A stretch of 64,000 nucleotides of DNA from Rhodobacterales bacterium (GCA_021155205.1 JAJNPS010000016.1:9927-73926), one strand, 5' to 3'; positions 18,717 to 29,347 are shown, counted from the first letter of the stretch. Notes: a model not told the origin generated them from the sequence alone. Numbers and translations: made by a program.

Positions 18717-18975
18717 TCGCTTTCCTTTCCTCAAGTCCTTCGGGTCCGAAGGTGGAAAGGACATTCAGCAGCGTCCAGCCCGCGGCGTCAAGCCGGGGCG
18801 CAAGTTCCCGCCCGGCGGCGCCGGGGCTGCAGTTGCTGTCTGATACCTCGGCAACCCCATAGTGCAGCCGCAGCGGGTTGTCCTGCTTGGCCTTGTAGTC
18901 GGCATAGCATGCCGCCTGTGCGGCACCCGCAACCAGCAGGGTCAGCCCGAAGGCAAGGGATAGGACGGCTTTCAT
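18688..18975 (-). CDS. Small exported protein (95 aa, signal peptide, 2 Cys)
   Basis: Strong SD GAGGAG lies 6 nt upstream of the ATG at 18975. Signal peptide MKAVLSLAFGLTLLVAGAAQA/A. The mature part has no motif I recognise. Confidence 0.65.
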   Translation of the reverse strand: MKAVLSLAFGLTLLVAGAAQAACYADYKAKQDNPLRLHYGVAEVSDSNCSPGAAGRELAPRLDAAGWTLLNVLSTFGPEGLEERKASAGDYYLRY

Positions 18976-19025
18976 GACGGGCTCCTCGGCATCGGCATAA
19001 CATTGCTCGGGTTTGCCGCGTTATT

Positions 19026-19138
19026 CAATATCGGCAGGGGTGTAGCGATACTGTTATCGGATAACGTCGCGCACCCCTGTCACCGCTATCGCCTAGCACT
19101 CTGCCGATATTGCCTGTCGGAAACCCACCGGCCGACAG
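19026..19138. repeat. Nested inverted repeats / palindromes in a divergent promoter region
   Basis: Read directly. CAATATCGGCAG (19026-19037) pairs with CTGCCGATATTG (19101-19112), 12/12. CAGGGGTG (19035-19042) pairs with CACCCCTG (19072-19079). The palindrome GTTATC-G-GATAAC spans 19053-19065. CTGTCGG (19114-19120) pairs with CCGACAG (19132-19138). A TATCGG/TATCGC/TATCAG motif recurs at 19029, 19055, 19087 and 19162. Confidence 0.8.
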
Positions 19139-19205
19139 TCATGTACGGGGTCGATGCCTCCTATCAGCCGACCCAGCCAGCATAGCACACCGACAGGAGG
19201 TTCCG

Positions 19206-19697
19206 ATGAGCCACAGCCAGATCCAGTCCACAACACTTGCCGAAACCCAGCTTTGCCTCGTCCAGAACCGGCGATCGGGCGCGCGATCGCCACAACGTGT
19301 CTGGCGATCGGTGATTGCACTTGTTGCAGGCATTTCCATTGCCTTGGGGTCGGTCGCCCCGACCTTTGCACGCGGACGGAATGACGATGTTGCCAAAGCC
19401 ATCGCTGCCGCCATCGTGCTGGGCCTGATCGTCAAGGGGCTCGACAAGAAAAGGGATCGCCCGCGTGCTGAACCGGAGCCTGTTCGCCGGCCCCGAGTTC
19501 CGACCGCCTGCGCAATCGAACTCGACGGTGCGCAGCGATCTGTGACCGTCTATCCCGAAAGCTGCCTGAAGGCCGAGGGCTTCGACTACCCTCTGCCGCG
19601 CGACTGCGCAAAGACTGCCCGAATTTATGGACGACCGGACCGTGTCTATGGCGTGCAGTGCCTGCGCAGCGCGGGCTTTCGGGTTGCGGGATACTAA
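19206..19697 (+). CDS. Hypothetical membrane/exported Cys-containing protein (163 aa)
   Basis: SD AGGAGG precedes the ATG at 19206. One hydrophobic segment (VWRSVIALVAGISIALGSVAPTFA). Four Cys lie in the C-terminal ~70 aa (TACAIE, ESCLKAEG, RDCAKT, VQCLRSAG). No family recognised. Confidence 0.55.
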   Translation: MSHSQIQSTTLAETQLCLVQNRRSGARSPQRVWRSVIALVAGISIALGSVAPTFARGRNDDVAKAIAAAIVLGLIVKGLDKKRDRPRAEPEPVRRPRVPTACAIELDGAQRSVTVYPESCLKAEGFDYPLPRDCAKTARIYGRPDRVYGVQCLRSAGFRVAGY

Positions 19698-19813
19698 CAC
19701 CCGCGACAACCGGGCCCTGGCAAATGCCCTGTCACGGGTCCGGCTTGCTGGGGCGGAGGGGTGAGCAGCCTCCGCCCCCTTTTTCTTTGGTGCGATCCGG
19801 CTATGGTCGCGCG

Positions 19814-20447
19814 ATGGACCGGCGATCAGCAGATTTCAGTTTCGAACAGGCGGCGTTTGGCCAAGGCGCGCAGTGCGTCGTCGGGGTGGACGAGGTCGGG
19901 CGCGGGCCGCTGGCAGGGCCGGTCACCGCCTGCGCAGTGCGCCTTGATCCGGCCCGCATTCCCAAGGGGATCGCGGATTCCAAAACGCTTTCCGCCAGCC
20001 GCCGCGTCCAGATGCACGATGAGATCATACGGGTGGCCATCGTCAGCGTCGCGCATGCGACGGTCGACGAAATCCTGGACCTGAACATCCTGCGCGCATC
20101 CCATCTGGCCATGCTGCGCGCCATTGCAGGGATCGGCGGCGTCGATCACGCACTGATCGACGGCAACCTCTTGCCGCGCGGCCTGCCTTGCGGCGCCACG
20201 CCCATTGTCAAGGGAGACGCGCGCTGCCTGTCGATCGCGGCCGCGTCGATTGTGGCCAAGGTGGTGCGCGACAGGATCATGGTGGATTTGGCGCAACAGC
20301 ACCCCGGCTATGGCTGGGAGCAGAATGCAGGCTATCCGACCCAAGCACATCTGGCAGCGTTGCAAAATCTGGGTGTGACCGCTCACCATAGGCGTTCATT
20401 CCGGCCGGTCCACAACATCTTGTATCAAGAGAAATCTCTAACCCCTT

Positions 20448-20449
<2 letters not shown>
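19814..20449 (+). CDS. rnhB: Ribonuclease HII
   Basis: 211 aa from the ATG at 19814. Catalytic motif GVDEVGRGPLAGPV. DSKTLS, SIAAASIVAKV and HRRSF motifs. Confidence 0.93.
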
Positions 20450-21663
<1,214 letters not shown>

Positions 21664-21710
21664 CGCATACCGAGACGCCTGCTTCAGGGGACCGCCCCCT
21701 GTTGCATCTG

Positions 21711-21741
21711 CCCCGCCATGTCCGCATGGCGGGGCCTTTTT
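21711..21741 (+). terminator. Rho-independent terminator after ccrM
   Basis: CCCCGCCATG (21711-21720) pairs with CATGGCGGGG (21725-21734), a 10-bp perfect stem with loop TCCG, followed by CCTTTTT. Confidence 0.8.
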
Positions 21742-21743
21742 CG

Positions 21744-22844
21744 TCAGACTGTCAGGACCGGATCGCCCAGCGTGTCCATGATGGGCGTGATGCCCAAACC
21801 GGGCGTATCGGGCGCGTGCATCATGCCGTTCACACGTTTCGGCGCGCCGGTGGCGATATCGACGGTGCCGTAGGAATTGAAATCGGTGGCGGAAAAACAG
21901 AACTCTTCGGGCGTTGACTGGGCCAGATGGGCGATGGTGGCGGTGACGATATCGCCGCCCCAGGTATCCTCGATGGTCATCGGAATGCCTGCACAGACAC
22001 ACAAATCGCGCATCAGGCGCGCCTTGGTCAGGCCGCCGACCTTGGAGATTTTCAGGTTGATCACGTCCATCGCGCCGTCGGCCAGCCCACGGGTCAGGTC
22101 GCCGACGCTGCCGATGACTTCATCCAGCACAAAGGGCAGCGAGGTACGACGGCGGGTGATCAGGCATTCCTCGTAAGTCGGGCAGGGCTGTTCGATATAG
22201 ACATCGACATCGCGCACCGCATTCACCACACGCGCCGCCTCGTGCATCGTCCAGCCGGTGTTGGCGTCGGCCACCAGCACATCGCCTGGCCGCATTTCAC
22301 CTGCACAGAGCCTGATCCGCGCGATGTCGCTGTCGGCATCGGCCCCGACTTTCAGTTGGAACTTGGTATAGCCCTCGGCCCGATACGTCGCGACATTGGC
22401 GGCCATCGCGGCGGGCTCGACCTGCGAAATCGCGCGATAAAGCTTGATGTCATCCTGCGCCTTGCCACCCAAAAGCTGATAGACCGGCAGGCCTGTCGCC
22501 TTGCCCAGAATGTCCCAGCAGGCGACGTCGATCGCGGCCTTGACGTAGGGGTGGCCGCGCAGGACCGCATCCATGTGCCGGTTCAGGGTGCCAAGGTCGC
22601 GCGGGTCGAACCCGATCACCTTGGGCGCAAGTTCGGCCAATCCGGACCTGACACCCAGCGCATAGGCGGGCAGGTAGGCCGACCCCAGCGGGCAGCATTC
22701 GCCATAGCCGGTGATGCCCGCGTCAGTTTCAACCTCCACCACAGTGGCATCAAACACCTCGACGAAGTTGCCGTTGGACCAGCTGTAGCGGCCTTCCTTC
22801 AGCGGCAGATCAACTTGATAGGCACGGATTGCGGTGATTTTCAC
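21744..22844 (-). CDS. Enolase-superfamily enzyme (mandelate racemase / muconate lactonizing enzyme family)
   Basis: 366 aa with typical MR/MLE N-terminal capping-domain start [18 protein letters not shown]... and barrel metal-ligand regions ([28 protein letters not shown]). Substrate not assignable by eye. Confidence 0.8.
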   Translation of the reverse strand: MKITAIRAYQVDLPLKEGRYSWSNGNFVEVFDATVVEVETDAGITGYGECCPLGSAYLPAYALGVRSGLAELAPKVIGFDPRDLGTLNRHMDAVLRGHPYVKAAIDVACWDILGKATGLPVYQLLGGKAQDDIKLYRAISQVEPAAMAANVATYRAEGYTKFQLKVGADADSDIARIRLCAGEMRPGDVLVADANTGWTMHEAARVVNAVRDVDVYIEQPCPTYEECLITRRRTSLPFVLDEVIGSVGDLTRGLADGAMDVINLKISKVGGLTKARLMRDLCVCAGIPMTIEDTWGGDIVTATIAHLAQSTPEEFCFSATDFNSYGTVDIATGAPKRVNGMMHAPDTPGLGITPIMDTLGDPVLTV

Positions 22845-22871
22845 AAAGAACTTCCTTTGAATGTGACCTGT

Positions 22872-24038
22872 CTAATGCGCGCTGCCCGGCATTGGGTTCA
22901 GTGCCTTGTTGTAGGGCTTCCAGTCCACGATGTCTGGATAGTACCGCTTGCGCCAAGCTTTGACCCTTGGGTTCATCACCCGCTTCCACACGGGCGGCAT
23001 CATCGCGGCGATGGTCATCATGGGATAGCCATGCGGCAACTGCGGCGCGTCATCTGGGCCGTGGTTCTGCAACAGCGGAAACCGCCGGTCGGGCTTGTAG
23101 TGATGGTCCGAATGCCGCTGCAGGTTGATCAAAAGCCAGTTCGACGCGCGGGGCGAGGCATTCCAGCTGTGGCGCGGCAGAACGTGTTCGTACTTGCCGT
23201 CGCCCAGATGGCGACGTGTCAGGCCATAGTGTTCGATGTAGTTGACCAGTTCCAGTTGCCAGATCGCAACCGCGGCCTGCAGGGCAAAGAGACCGACGCC
23301 AAGCCAGCCCGCAAGGGCATACGCAACGGCCAGCATCGCCAATTGCAGGGCCGAGTACCGCCAAAACGGGTTGCTTTGGTGCCAGGCGGGCAGCCCGCGC
23401 CGTGCAAGCATTGCCCTTTCTGCATTCCACGATGAGTTCAGGCTTTGCCGCATAACGCGGGGAAAGAACCGGTGGAACCCTTCGTTGTACCGGGCGGTGA
23501 CTGGATCACGCGGCGTGCAGACGTAAAGGTGATGCACCCGCAGATGCTCGCTGCGGAAATGGCTGTAAAGCACCGAAGCCAGCAAAAGGTCCGCCAGCCA
23601 GCGTTCAAGGGCAGAATTCTGGTGCATCAGTTCATGGCTGTAATTGACGCCGATGGTGCCGCCGATCACGCCCATGCCGAAAAACAGCAGCAGCCGTTCC
23701 GCATCGCCCAGATGGCCCGCGCGCGGAACGTACCAAAGCAGCGCGCACAGCGTCGCAAACTGGACGGGGAACCAGATCAGCGTGATCAGCCGGTGCCAGC
23801 CCAGCGCCGTATCCGGCGTCGTCGGGTCGGCATTGGCCGCATCATCGCCGCCCAGCGCGTCCAGCAGGACAAAAAGCCACCAGGCGCCGAATGGCAACAA
23901 TAGGGTTGTCCAGCCGCCGACCGTCGCCCCGATCCAGGCCAGGGGGATCAGGGCCAACGAGATCCAGAACGGCAGCGCCGACCGCAGGCCGTCGCGGGTT
24001 CCGGGCAGGATGGCGGCGGGTGTCATGGTCGGTTCCAT
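22872..24038 (-). CDS. alkB: AlkB-type integral-membrane alkane 1-monooxygenase / fatty-acid-desaturase-family hydroxylase
   Basis: His boxes HELMH, EHLRVHH and LQRHSDHH plus the NYIEHYGL motif. Several TM segments. Start chosen at ATG 24038 (or 24026) so that it does not overlap the mutY stop at 24070. Confidence 0.8.
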   Translation of the reverse strand: MEPTMTPAAILPGTRDGLRSALPFWISLALIPLAWIGATVGGWTTLLLPFGAWWLFVLLDALGGDDAANADPTTPDTALGWHRLITLIWFPVQFATLCALLWYVPRAGHLGDAERLLLFFGMGVIGGTIGVNYSHELMHQNSALERWLADLLLASVLYSHFRSEHLRVHHLYVCTPRDPVTARYNEGFHRFFPRVMRQSLNSSWNAERAMLARRGLPAWHQSNPFWRYSALQLAMLAVAYALAGWLGVGLFALQAAVAIWQLELVNYIEHYGLTRRHLGDGKYEHVLPRHSWNASPRASNWLLINLQRHSDHHYKPDRRFPLLQNHGPDDAPQLPHGYPMMTIAAMMPPVWKRVMNPRVKAWRKRYYPDIVDWKPYNKALNPMPGSAH

Positions 24039-24069
24039 GTCCACAATGCTACCCCGGTTCGCGATTTCT

Positions 24070-25122
24070 TCAAGGGATAGCGGCCCCCCCGGCCGCAAGC
24101 GCAAGCGCCTTGCGCATCAGGGTAGGCAGATCGTCGGGCCTTGGACCCGAGACAAACCGGCCGCGCAGCGGGAGGCAGTCGGCAGCGACGCCGGCGACCA
24201 TCACCGAAAGTACCAGCGAGAAATGCGTGAAAACATGACGAACATCGCCCGAATGCCGCCAATTCGCCTGCAAAGGTGCGCCGCCCCCTGCGCCGTCCCA
24301 GCCGTCGCCGGGCAAACCAAGCATCCCCCCGAGAAGGCCGTTAGCAGGCCGATCTTCCAACAGGACGGCGCCGTCCGGGCGCATGGCGACCCAGACGGTG
24401 CCATGCCGAAGGGGCTTTGCGGCCTTTGCGGCCTTGACCGGCAGTGTGGCCTGCGACCCCTGTGCGCGGGCGGCGCAGCGTCCCAGCCAGGGACAGATCG
24501 CACAGGCTGGATTGCGCGGGGTGCAGATCGTGGCGCCAAGGTCCATCACCGCCTGGGCATAGTCGCCAGGCCGCGCCTTTGGCGTCAGCCCGGTGGCCAA
24601 TGTCAGAATCTTCGGTCTGGCTGCAGGAAAAGGCTCTGACAGCGCAAAAACACGCGCGATCACACGCTCCACATTCCCGTCCACCACGGTTTCGCGGGCA
24701 TCAAAGGCAATGGCCGCGACGGCTGCGGCGGTATAGGGACCAACTCCCGGCAGCAGCAAAAGTTCGTCGCGGGTCGGCGGAAATGCAGCGTCCGGCCGTG
24801 AGGCGACTGCGCGCGCGCATTTCAGCAGGTTTCGGGCCCGCGCATAGTAGCCAAGACCGGCCCATTCCGCCATCACATCGGAATCCCTGGCGCGGGCCAG
24901 ATCGACGACAGTTGGCCAGCGCGCGACAAACCGGCGCCAATAGTCGCGCACGGCTGCAACGGTCGTTTGCTGCAACATCACCTCGGACAGCCAGACATGG
25001 TACGGATCAGGCAGAACCCCCGCCTTTCGGTCGTCCGGAGAAATGCGCCAGGGCATGCTGCGCGCATGGCGGTCGTACCAGTCCAGCAGGACCGCGCTTG
25101 CGTCTTTCGGCTCTGTCGGCAT
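24070..25122 (-). CDS. mutY: A/G-specific adenine DNA glycosylase MutY
   Basis: 350 aa from the ATG at 25122 (MPTEPKDASAVLLDWYDRHARSMPWR). HhH-GPD region LPGVGPYTAAAVAAIAF. 4Fe-4S loop CTPRNPACAICPWLGRC. C-terminal NUDIX-like domain. Confidence 0.92.
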   Translation of the reverse strand: MPTEPKDASAVLLDWYDRHARSMPWRISPDDRKAGVLPDPYHVWLSEVMLQQTTVAAVRDYWRRFVARWPTVVDLARARDSDVMAEWAGLGYYARARNLLKCARAVASRPDAAFPPTRDELLLLPGVGPYTAAAVAAIAFDARETVVDGNVERVIARVFALSEPFPAARPKILTLATGLTPKARPGDYAQAVMDLGATICTPRNPACAICPWLGRCAARAQGSQATLPVKAAKAAKPLRHGTVWVAMRPDGAVLLEDRPANGLLGGMLGLPGDGWDGAGGGAPLQANWRHSGDVRHVFTHFSLVLSVMVAGVAADCLPLRGRFVSGPRPDDLPTLMRKALALAAGGAAIP

Positions 25123-25215
25123 CGTGTCACGCAATCTTTTTGCCACCTTGTCGCACAGCACTGGCGAACCCTGCCGCCCCGCGCATAGAATAGTCCAGGA
25201 AGTCCAAGGTGCCAG

Positions 25216-25758
25216 ATGCCGCGTCAACCCACGCCCCTGCCCAGCACGATCCGGCGCCAGCGCGGGTTTGAAGCCGCGGCGTCGCTGGTCAAGGCCCCGA
25301 TCCGTGCGGCTGGTGAAAAGCGCGGCTTTGCGTTGGCGCGCCTCTTGACGCATTGGCCCGACGTTGCGGGGACAGATGTGGCAGCAGTGACGCGCCCGGT
25401 AAAGATGAGCTATGGCCGCGAGGGGATGGGGGCGACGCTGGTCCTGCTGGTCACGTCGGCGCATGCGCCGATGGTGCAGATGCAGTTGCCCCGGATCCGG
25501 GAGCGCGTCAATGCCGCCTATGGCTATGCGGCGGTGTCGCGGATCACCCTGACGCAGACAGCCGCCGATGGTTTTGCAGAAGGCCAGACACCCTTTTCCG
25601 GTCCCCCGCCCCCGCCCCCGCCCGATCCCGCGATCGAGGCCGCAGCGGCCGCCACGGCGGCCGATGTCGGCGATGGCGCATTGCGCAGCGCCCTTGAAGC
25701 CATGGCCAAGAACATCCTGGCGCGGCGCCCGTCCCACGCCGGAAAGAAAATCCCATGA
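25216..25758 (+). CDS. dciA: DUF721 / DciA-family protein (putative replicative helicase operator)
   Basis: 180 aa. Divergent from mutY, which is the usual alphaproteobacterial context. N-terminal pattern FALARLLTHWPDVAG...TRPVKM and ATLVLLVTSAHAPMVQMQLPRIRERVN. Contains a run of seven consecutive prolines. Confidence 0.65.
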   Translation: MPRQPTPLPSTIRRQRGFEAAASLVKAPIRAAGEKRGFALARLLTHWPDVAGTDVAAVTRPVKMSYGREGMGATLVLLVTSAHAPMVQMQLPRIRERVNAAYGYAAVSRITLTQTAADGFAEGQTPFSGPPPPPPPDPAIEAAAAATAADVGDGALRSALEAMAKNILARRPSHAGKKIP

Positions 25759-26897
25759 CGGCGCCGCTTGCCGGTCTGCGTGTCATCGAACTCGCGCGTA
25801 TTCTGGCGGGTCCCTGGGCGGGGCAGACGCTGGCCGACCTTGGTGCGGACGTGATCAAGGTCGAGGCCCCGGAAGGCGACGATACGCGCCGCTGGGGCCC
25901 CCCTTTCGTGACCCGTGACGGCGAGACGACGGCCGCCTATTTCCACGCGACGAACCGGGGCAAGCGGTCAATCACCTGCGATTTCCGCACCCCCGAAGGG
26001 CAGGCGATGGTCCGTCGCCTGATTGCCGGCGCAGACATCGTGATCGAGAATTTCAAGGTCGGGGGTCTGGCGAAGTACGGGCTGGACTGGGACAGCCTGC
26101 GACAGATGAACCCGCGGCTTGTCTATTGTTCGATCACCGGATTTGGCCAGAACGGACCCTATGCGCATCGTGCGGGCTATGACTTCATCATCCAGGGCAT
26201 GGCAGGGTTGATGAGCGTGACCGGCGCGCCGGGCGGACAGCCGCAAAAGGTGGGTGTTGCCGTCACCGACATTGTCACCGGGGTCTATGCCGCGCTGGCC
26301 ATCGTCGCCGCGATCCACCAGCGCAGCAGTACCGGGCTGGGCCAGCATGTCGACATGGCGCTGATGGATGTGGCGACCGCGATCATGGCCAATCAGGCAA
26401 TGAACTACCTTTCGACCGGCAAGCCGCCGGGTCTCATGGGCAACGCGCATCCGAACCTGGCGCCCTATGCGGTCTTTGACTGCGCGGATGGCTGGATCAT
26501 TCTGGCCACAGGCAATGACGGGCAGTATCAGCGGCTGTGCGGCCTCTTGGGTCTCGCGGTCATGGCGCGCGCGCCGGAATTCCTGACCAATGCCGACCGT
26601 CTGGCCCATCGCGACGCGCTGACCGCAGGTCTGACGTCCGCGACACGGACCTGGGCGCGCGATGCCCTGCTGGCGGCCTGCGAAGGCGCGGGCGTGCCCG
26701 CAGGGCCGATCAACGACTTGGCGGATGTCTTTGCCGACCCGCAGGTGGTGGCGCGGCGGCTGCAGATCGCGCCGGGCGGCATTCCGGGCGTGCGCAGCCC
26801 GATGACCTTTTCCGGCGGCGACCTGGTGCTTGGCCGTCCTGCGCCCAGGCTGGGCGAACATCAGGACGAGGCCTGGGCGGGATCAGACCTTGCCTGA
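25755..26897 (+). CDS. Family III CoA-transferase (CaiB/BaiF)
   Basis: Canonical N-terminus [37 protein letters not shown] overlap with the dciA stop. Confidence 0.88.
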   Translation: MTAPLAGLRVIELARILAGPWAGQTLADLGADVIKVEAPEGDDTRRWGPPFVTRDGETTAAYFHATNRGKRSITCDFRTPEGQAMVRRLIAGADIVIENFKVGGLAKYGLDWDSLRQMNPRLVYCSITGFGQNGPYAHRAGYDFIIQGMAGLMSVTGAPGGQPQKVGVAVTDIVTGVYAALAIVAAIHQRSSTGLGQHVDMALMDVATAIMANQAMNYLSTGKPPGLMGNAHPNLAPYAVFDCADGWIILATGNDGQYQRLCGLLGLAVMARAPEFLTNADRLAHRDALTAGLTSATRTWARDALLAACEGAGVPAGPINDLADVFADPQVVARRLQIAPGGIPGVRSPMTFSGGDLVLGRPAPRLGEHQDEAWAGSDLA

Positions 26898-27896
26898 CAC
26901 CGGACGCTGCGCCAGAATCGCGTCCATCGCAGCCTCAAGCAGGAGCGGCGCGGCCAGGGTCAGCCGCACGGGCAGCGTGAGGACCTGCAAGCGAAACGCC
27001 TCGGGGAGGCGAACCGCGTCCTTTTCGGTGGTAACAAGCTGCGCCCCCATGGCGGCTGCATCCGCCATCAGCCGCTGAAGCAGCGCCGGGGCGAGCGGCG
27101 CGTGATCGGCAAGGGGGACGGCGCGCACAATGTCTGCACCAAGACCGCGCAAGGTCGCAAAGAACTTTTCGGGAAGACCGATGCCGGCAAAGGCCAGCAC
27201 CCTTTGCCCCGCCCAGTCCATGCCGGTTCGCAGGGGGGCAAGCACTCCCTTTTGATGTGGCAGGGTGACTGACTTTCCCCAGCGCGCATAGAACTGCGCC
27301 TGCGCCGCTGCATCGCCGATCGACAGCAGCAGGTCTGCCCGCGCCAGACCTGCCTGCACGGGTTCGCGCAACGGTCCCGCGGGCAGGCAAAGCCCGTTGC
27401 CGAACCCCATCGCGGCATCGACGACGATGATCGACAGGTCCTTAGTCACGGACGGATTCTGAAACCCGTCATCCAGAACTACCACTTCGGCCCCGGCGGA
27501 TTGTGCCTCGCGGACCCCTGCCGCGCGATCGCGGGCGATCCAGACCGGCGCGAAGGCCGCCAGCAGAAGTGGTTCGTCCCCGACATCGCCTGCGCCATGT
27601 CGCAGCGGATCGACCTGCAGCGGTCCCCTGAGCCTGCCGCCATAGCCACGCGACACGATGTGTACGATACGCCCCCGCGCCATCAGCATGTCGGCAATCG
27701 CGATGACAGTCGGGGTCTTGCCGGTGCCCCCGACATTCAGATTGCCGACGCAGATGACCGGCACCTGCGCCAGGTAGCCCGTTTGCGCCACCCGTCGCGC
27801 CGTCAGGCTGGCCGTCACCAAAGCCAATGGGCGCAACAGCGTCGGCATGGCGCCGGGCGCATCTGGCGTTCGGTGCCAAAACGCGGGCGGGCGCAT
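26883..27896 (-). CDS. lpxK: Tetraacyldisaccharide 4'-kinase
   Basis: N-terminus MRPPAFW... and P-loop [18 protein letters not shown] overlap with waaA. The 3' end overlaps the convergent CoA-transferase gene by 15 nt. Confidence 0.92.
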   Translation of the reverse strand: MRPPAFWHRTPDAPGAMPTLLRPLALVTASLTARRVAQTGYLAQVPVICVGNLNVGGTGKTPTVIAIADMLMARGRIVHIVSRGYGGRLRGPLQVDPLRHGAGDVGDEPLLLAAFAPVWIARDRAAGVREAQSAGAEVVVLDDGFQNPSVTKDLSIIVVDAAMGFGNGLCLPAGPLREPVQAGLARADLLLSIGDAAAQAQFYARWGKSVTLPHQKGVLAPLRTGMDWAGQRVLAFAGIGLPEKFFATLRGLGADIVRAVPLADHAPLAPALLQRLMADAAAMGAQLVTTEKDAVRLPEAFRLQVLTLPVRLTLAAPLLLEAAMDAILAQRPVSGKV

Positions 27897-29089
27897 CAGC
27901 CCGGTCCGTCAGTCAGGTCGCGGATGGTCGCGATGATCGTTTCGGCGACTTCGGCCCCGTCCGATGCAACGATCCACGCCGCCTGCGCCAGCCGGGCGGC
28001 CTTGTCCGGCGCCAGAACGTCCGAGACCGCCTCGGCCAGATGACGGTCGGTGCCGACAAGTCGTGTCGCGCGCGCCGCTGTCAGGCGCGAAAATGCCTTT
28101 TCGAACCGCCCGGCATTGGGTCCGTGCACTATCGCCGACCCAAGCGCCGCGGCCTCGAGCGGGTTGCGAATGCAGCCAGAAACCGAGAGGCTGCCGCCAA
28201 GATAGGTGATCGGGGCAAGACGGTACCATAGCCCCAGCTCGGCCTCGCCTTCGATGACATAGACCTCGGTTTCCGGGTCTGGCTCATCGTCATTGGCGCG
28301 GACCGCGACCGACAGGCCGGCCTCGGTCATCTTGTCGGTCAGGGGTCCGGCGCGTTCCGCCGTCGCGGGTGACACGATCAGCAACGATTTATGCGCCAGG
28401 CCGATGGCGACCTTGTGCGCCGCGATGACGGCATTCTCCTCGGTTTCGGGCAGGGTCGCCGCAAACCAGACCGGGCGTGTCAGCAACAGCCTGGCCAGCG
28501 TGTCGCGTTCGGCCTCCAGGCAGGGCAGGGCGGCGCTTTGTTCTTCCAACCGCCCGATTGCGGCCACGGCCGACAACGCGGCCCCCGCCTTGCGATAGGC
28601 GCGCGCGGCCTCTTCGTCCTGCGCGTAGATGTGCGAGAACTGGGACAGCACACTGCGTGTCAGACCCGGATACCAGCCATCCCGTCCGCGCAGCAGATAG
28701 GGATTGCCCGCGTCGATCATGATCAGGGGAATCTTGCGCTGGTGCGCCTCGATCACAAGCGCCGGGCGCAGCTCGCCGCCCGAAAATGCCACGATTTCGG
28801 GGCGCCAGTGATCCAGAAAGGCGCTGACATCACCAAAGATGTCGGCGGGTGGCGGCACCCAGACAAGACCGTCACGCACAGGGATCGGATCGGGGCAGGT
28901 CATCAGCATTTCGAACCCGTCCTCGTCCACCAGACGCCGCGCAAGTTCGGCAAGCCGTGCCACGGCGTCCGCTGTCGGCGCATGCAGCCAGACCAACCGG
29001 CCCGCCGGGCGGGGCGGATGGCTGACCTCTTGCGCCGATTGGCGTTGACTGAGGTTGTAAAGGGTCAGCCCGATCGAATAAGCGGCCAT
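27896..29089 (-). CDS. waaA: 3-deoxy-D-manno-octulosonic acid (Kdo) transferase
   Basis: 397 aa with the glycosyltransferase-30 pattern ([17 protein letters not shown]..., GGSL....[17 protein letters not shown]). Immediately upstream of lpxK. Confidence 0.85.
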   Translation of the reverse strand: MAAYSIGLTLYNLSQRQSAQEVSHPPRPAGRLVWLHAPTADAVARLAELARRLVDEDGFEMLMTCPDPIPVRDGLVWVPPPADIFGDVSAFLDHWRPEIVAFSGGELRPALVIEAHQRKIPLIMIDAGNPYLLRGRDGWYPGLTRSVLSQFSHIYAQDEEAARAYRKAGAALSAVAAIGRLEEQSAALPCLEAERDTLARLLLTRPVWFAATLPETEENAVIAAHKVAIGLAHKSLLIVSPATAERAGPLTDKMTEAGLSVAVRANDDEPDPETEVYVIEGEAELGLWYRLAPITYLGGSLSVSGCIRNPLEAAALGSAIVHGPNAGRFEKAFSRLTAARATRLVGTDRHLAEAVSDVLAPDKAARLAQAAWIVASDGAEVAETIIATIRDLTDGPG

Positions 29090-29101
29090 GATGGGTGCGG
29101 C

Positions 29102-29347
29102 CTAGCTGCCGAATTCGACCGTATGGGACGCAGGCTCTGCCGCGTCGCGCAAACGGTGCAGGTGGGCGATGTAATAGCGCATATGCGCGTTGTCGACGGT
29201 GCGCTGGGCTTCGGCTTTCCAGGCACGAAAGGCGGTGTCGTAGTCCGGAAAGATGCCCACGACGTGCAGGCTTGCTACGTCGCGAAAGACGTTGCGCGAG
29301 GGTTCGACGAGTTCGCCGCCGAACACGAGATGCAGCCTTTGGGTCAT
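29102..29347 (-). CDS. DUF4170-like small protein
   Basis: 81 aa from the ATG at 29347 (MTQRLHLVFGGELV...VVGIFPDYDTAFRAWKAEAQRTVDNAHMRYYIAHLHRL). This family commonly sits next to waaA/lpxK in Alphaproteobacteria. The name is from memory. Confidence 0.6.
   Translation of the reverse strand: MTQRLHLVFGGELVEPSRNVFRDVASLHVVGIFPDYDTAFRAWKAEAQRTVDNAHMRYYIAHLHRLRDAAEPASHTVEFGS

Noticed and set aside
21927-23435. 502-aa plus-strand ORF
   Set aside because: Antisense to the enolase-superfamily and alkB-like genes. No motifs. Shadow ORF.
24070-25737. Long ORF-track versions of mutY (555 aa), amidase (48581-50677, 698 aa), hslU (15909-18008, 699 aa), flagellin (61722-63416), senC (2224-3000), regB (2470-4347), SDR (30824-31903) and flgH (54529-55674)
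   Set aside because: The N-terminal extensions are Arg/Pro-rich. They overlap neighbouring genes or divergent promoters, and they precede internal ATGs with SD sequences that give family-typical N-termini. The shorter starts were used.
26883-26897. Convergent 3' overlaps (CoA-transferase/lpxK 15 nt; flavoprotein/ggt 7 nt at 39754-39760; hslU and the wHTH gene 3 nt apart at 18009-18011) as possible regulatory antisense arrangements
   Set aside because: Such short convergent overlaps are common in compact high-GC genomes. Nothing in the sequence, such as promoters or hairpins, points to a specific mechanism.
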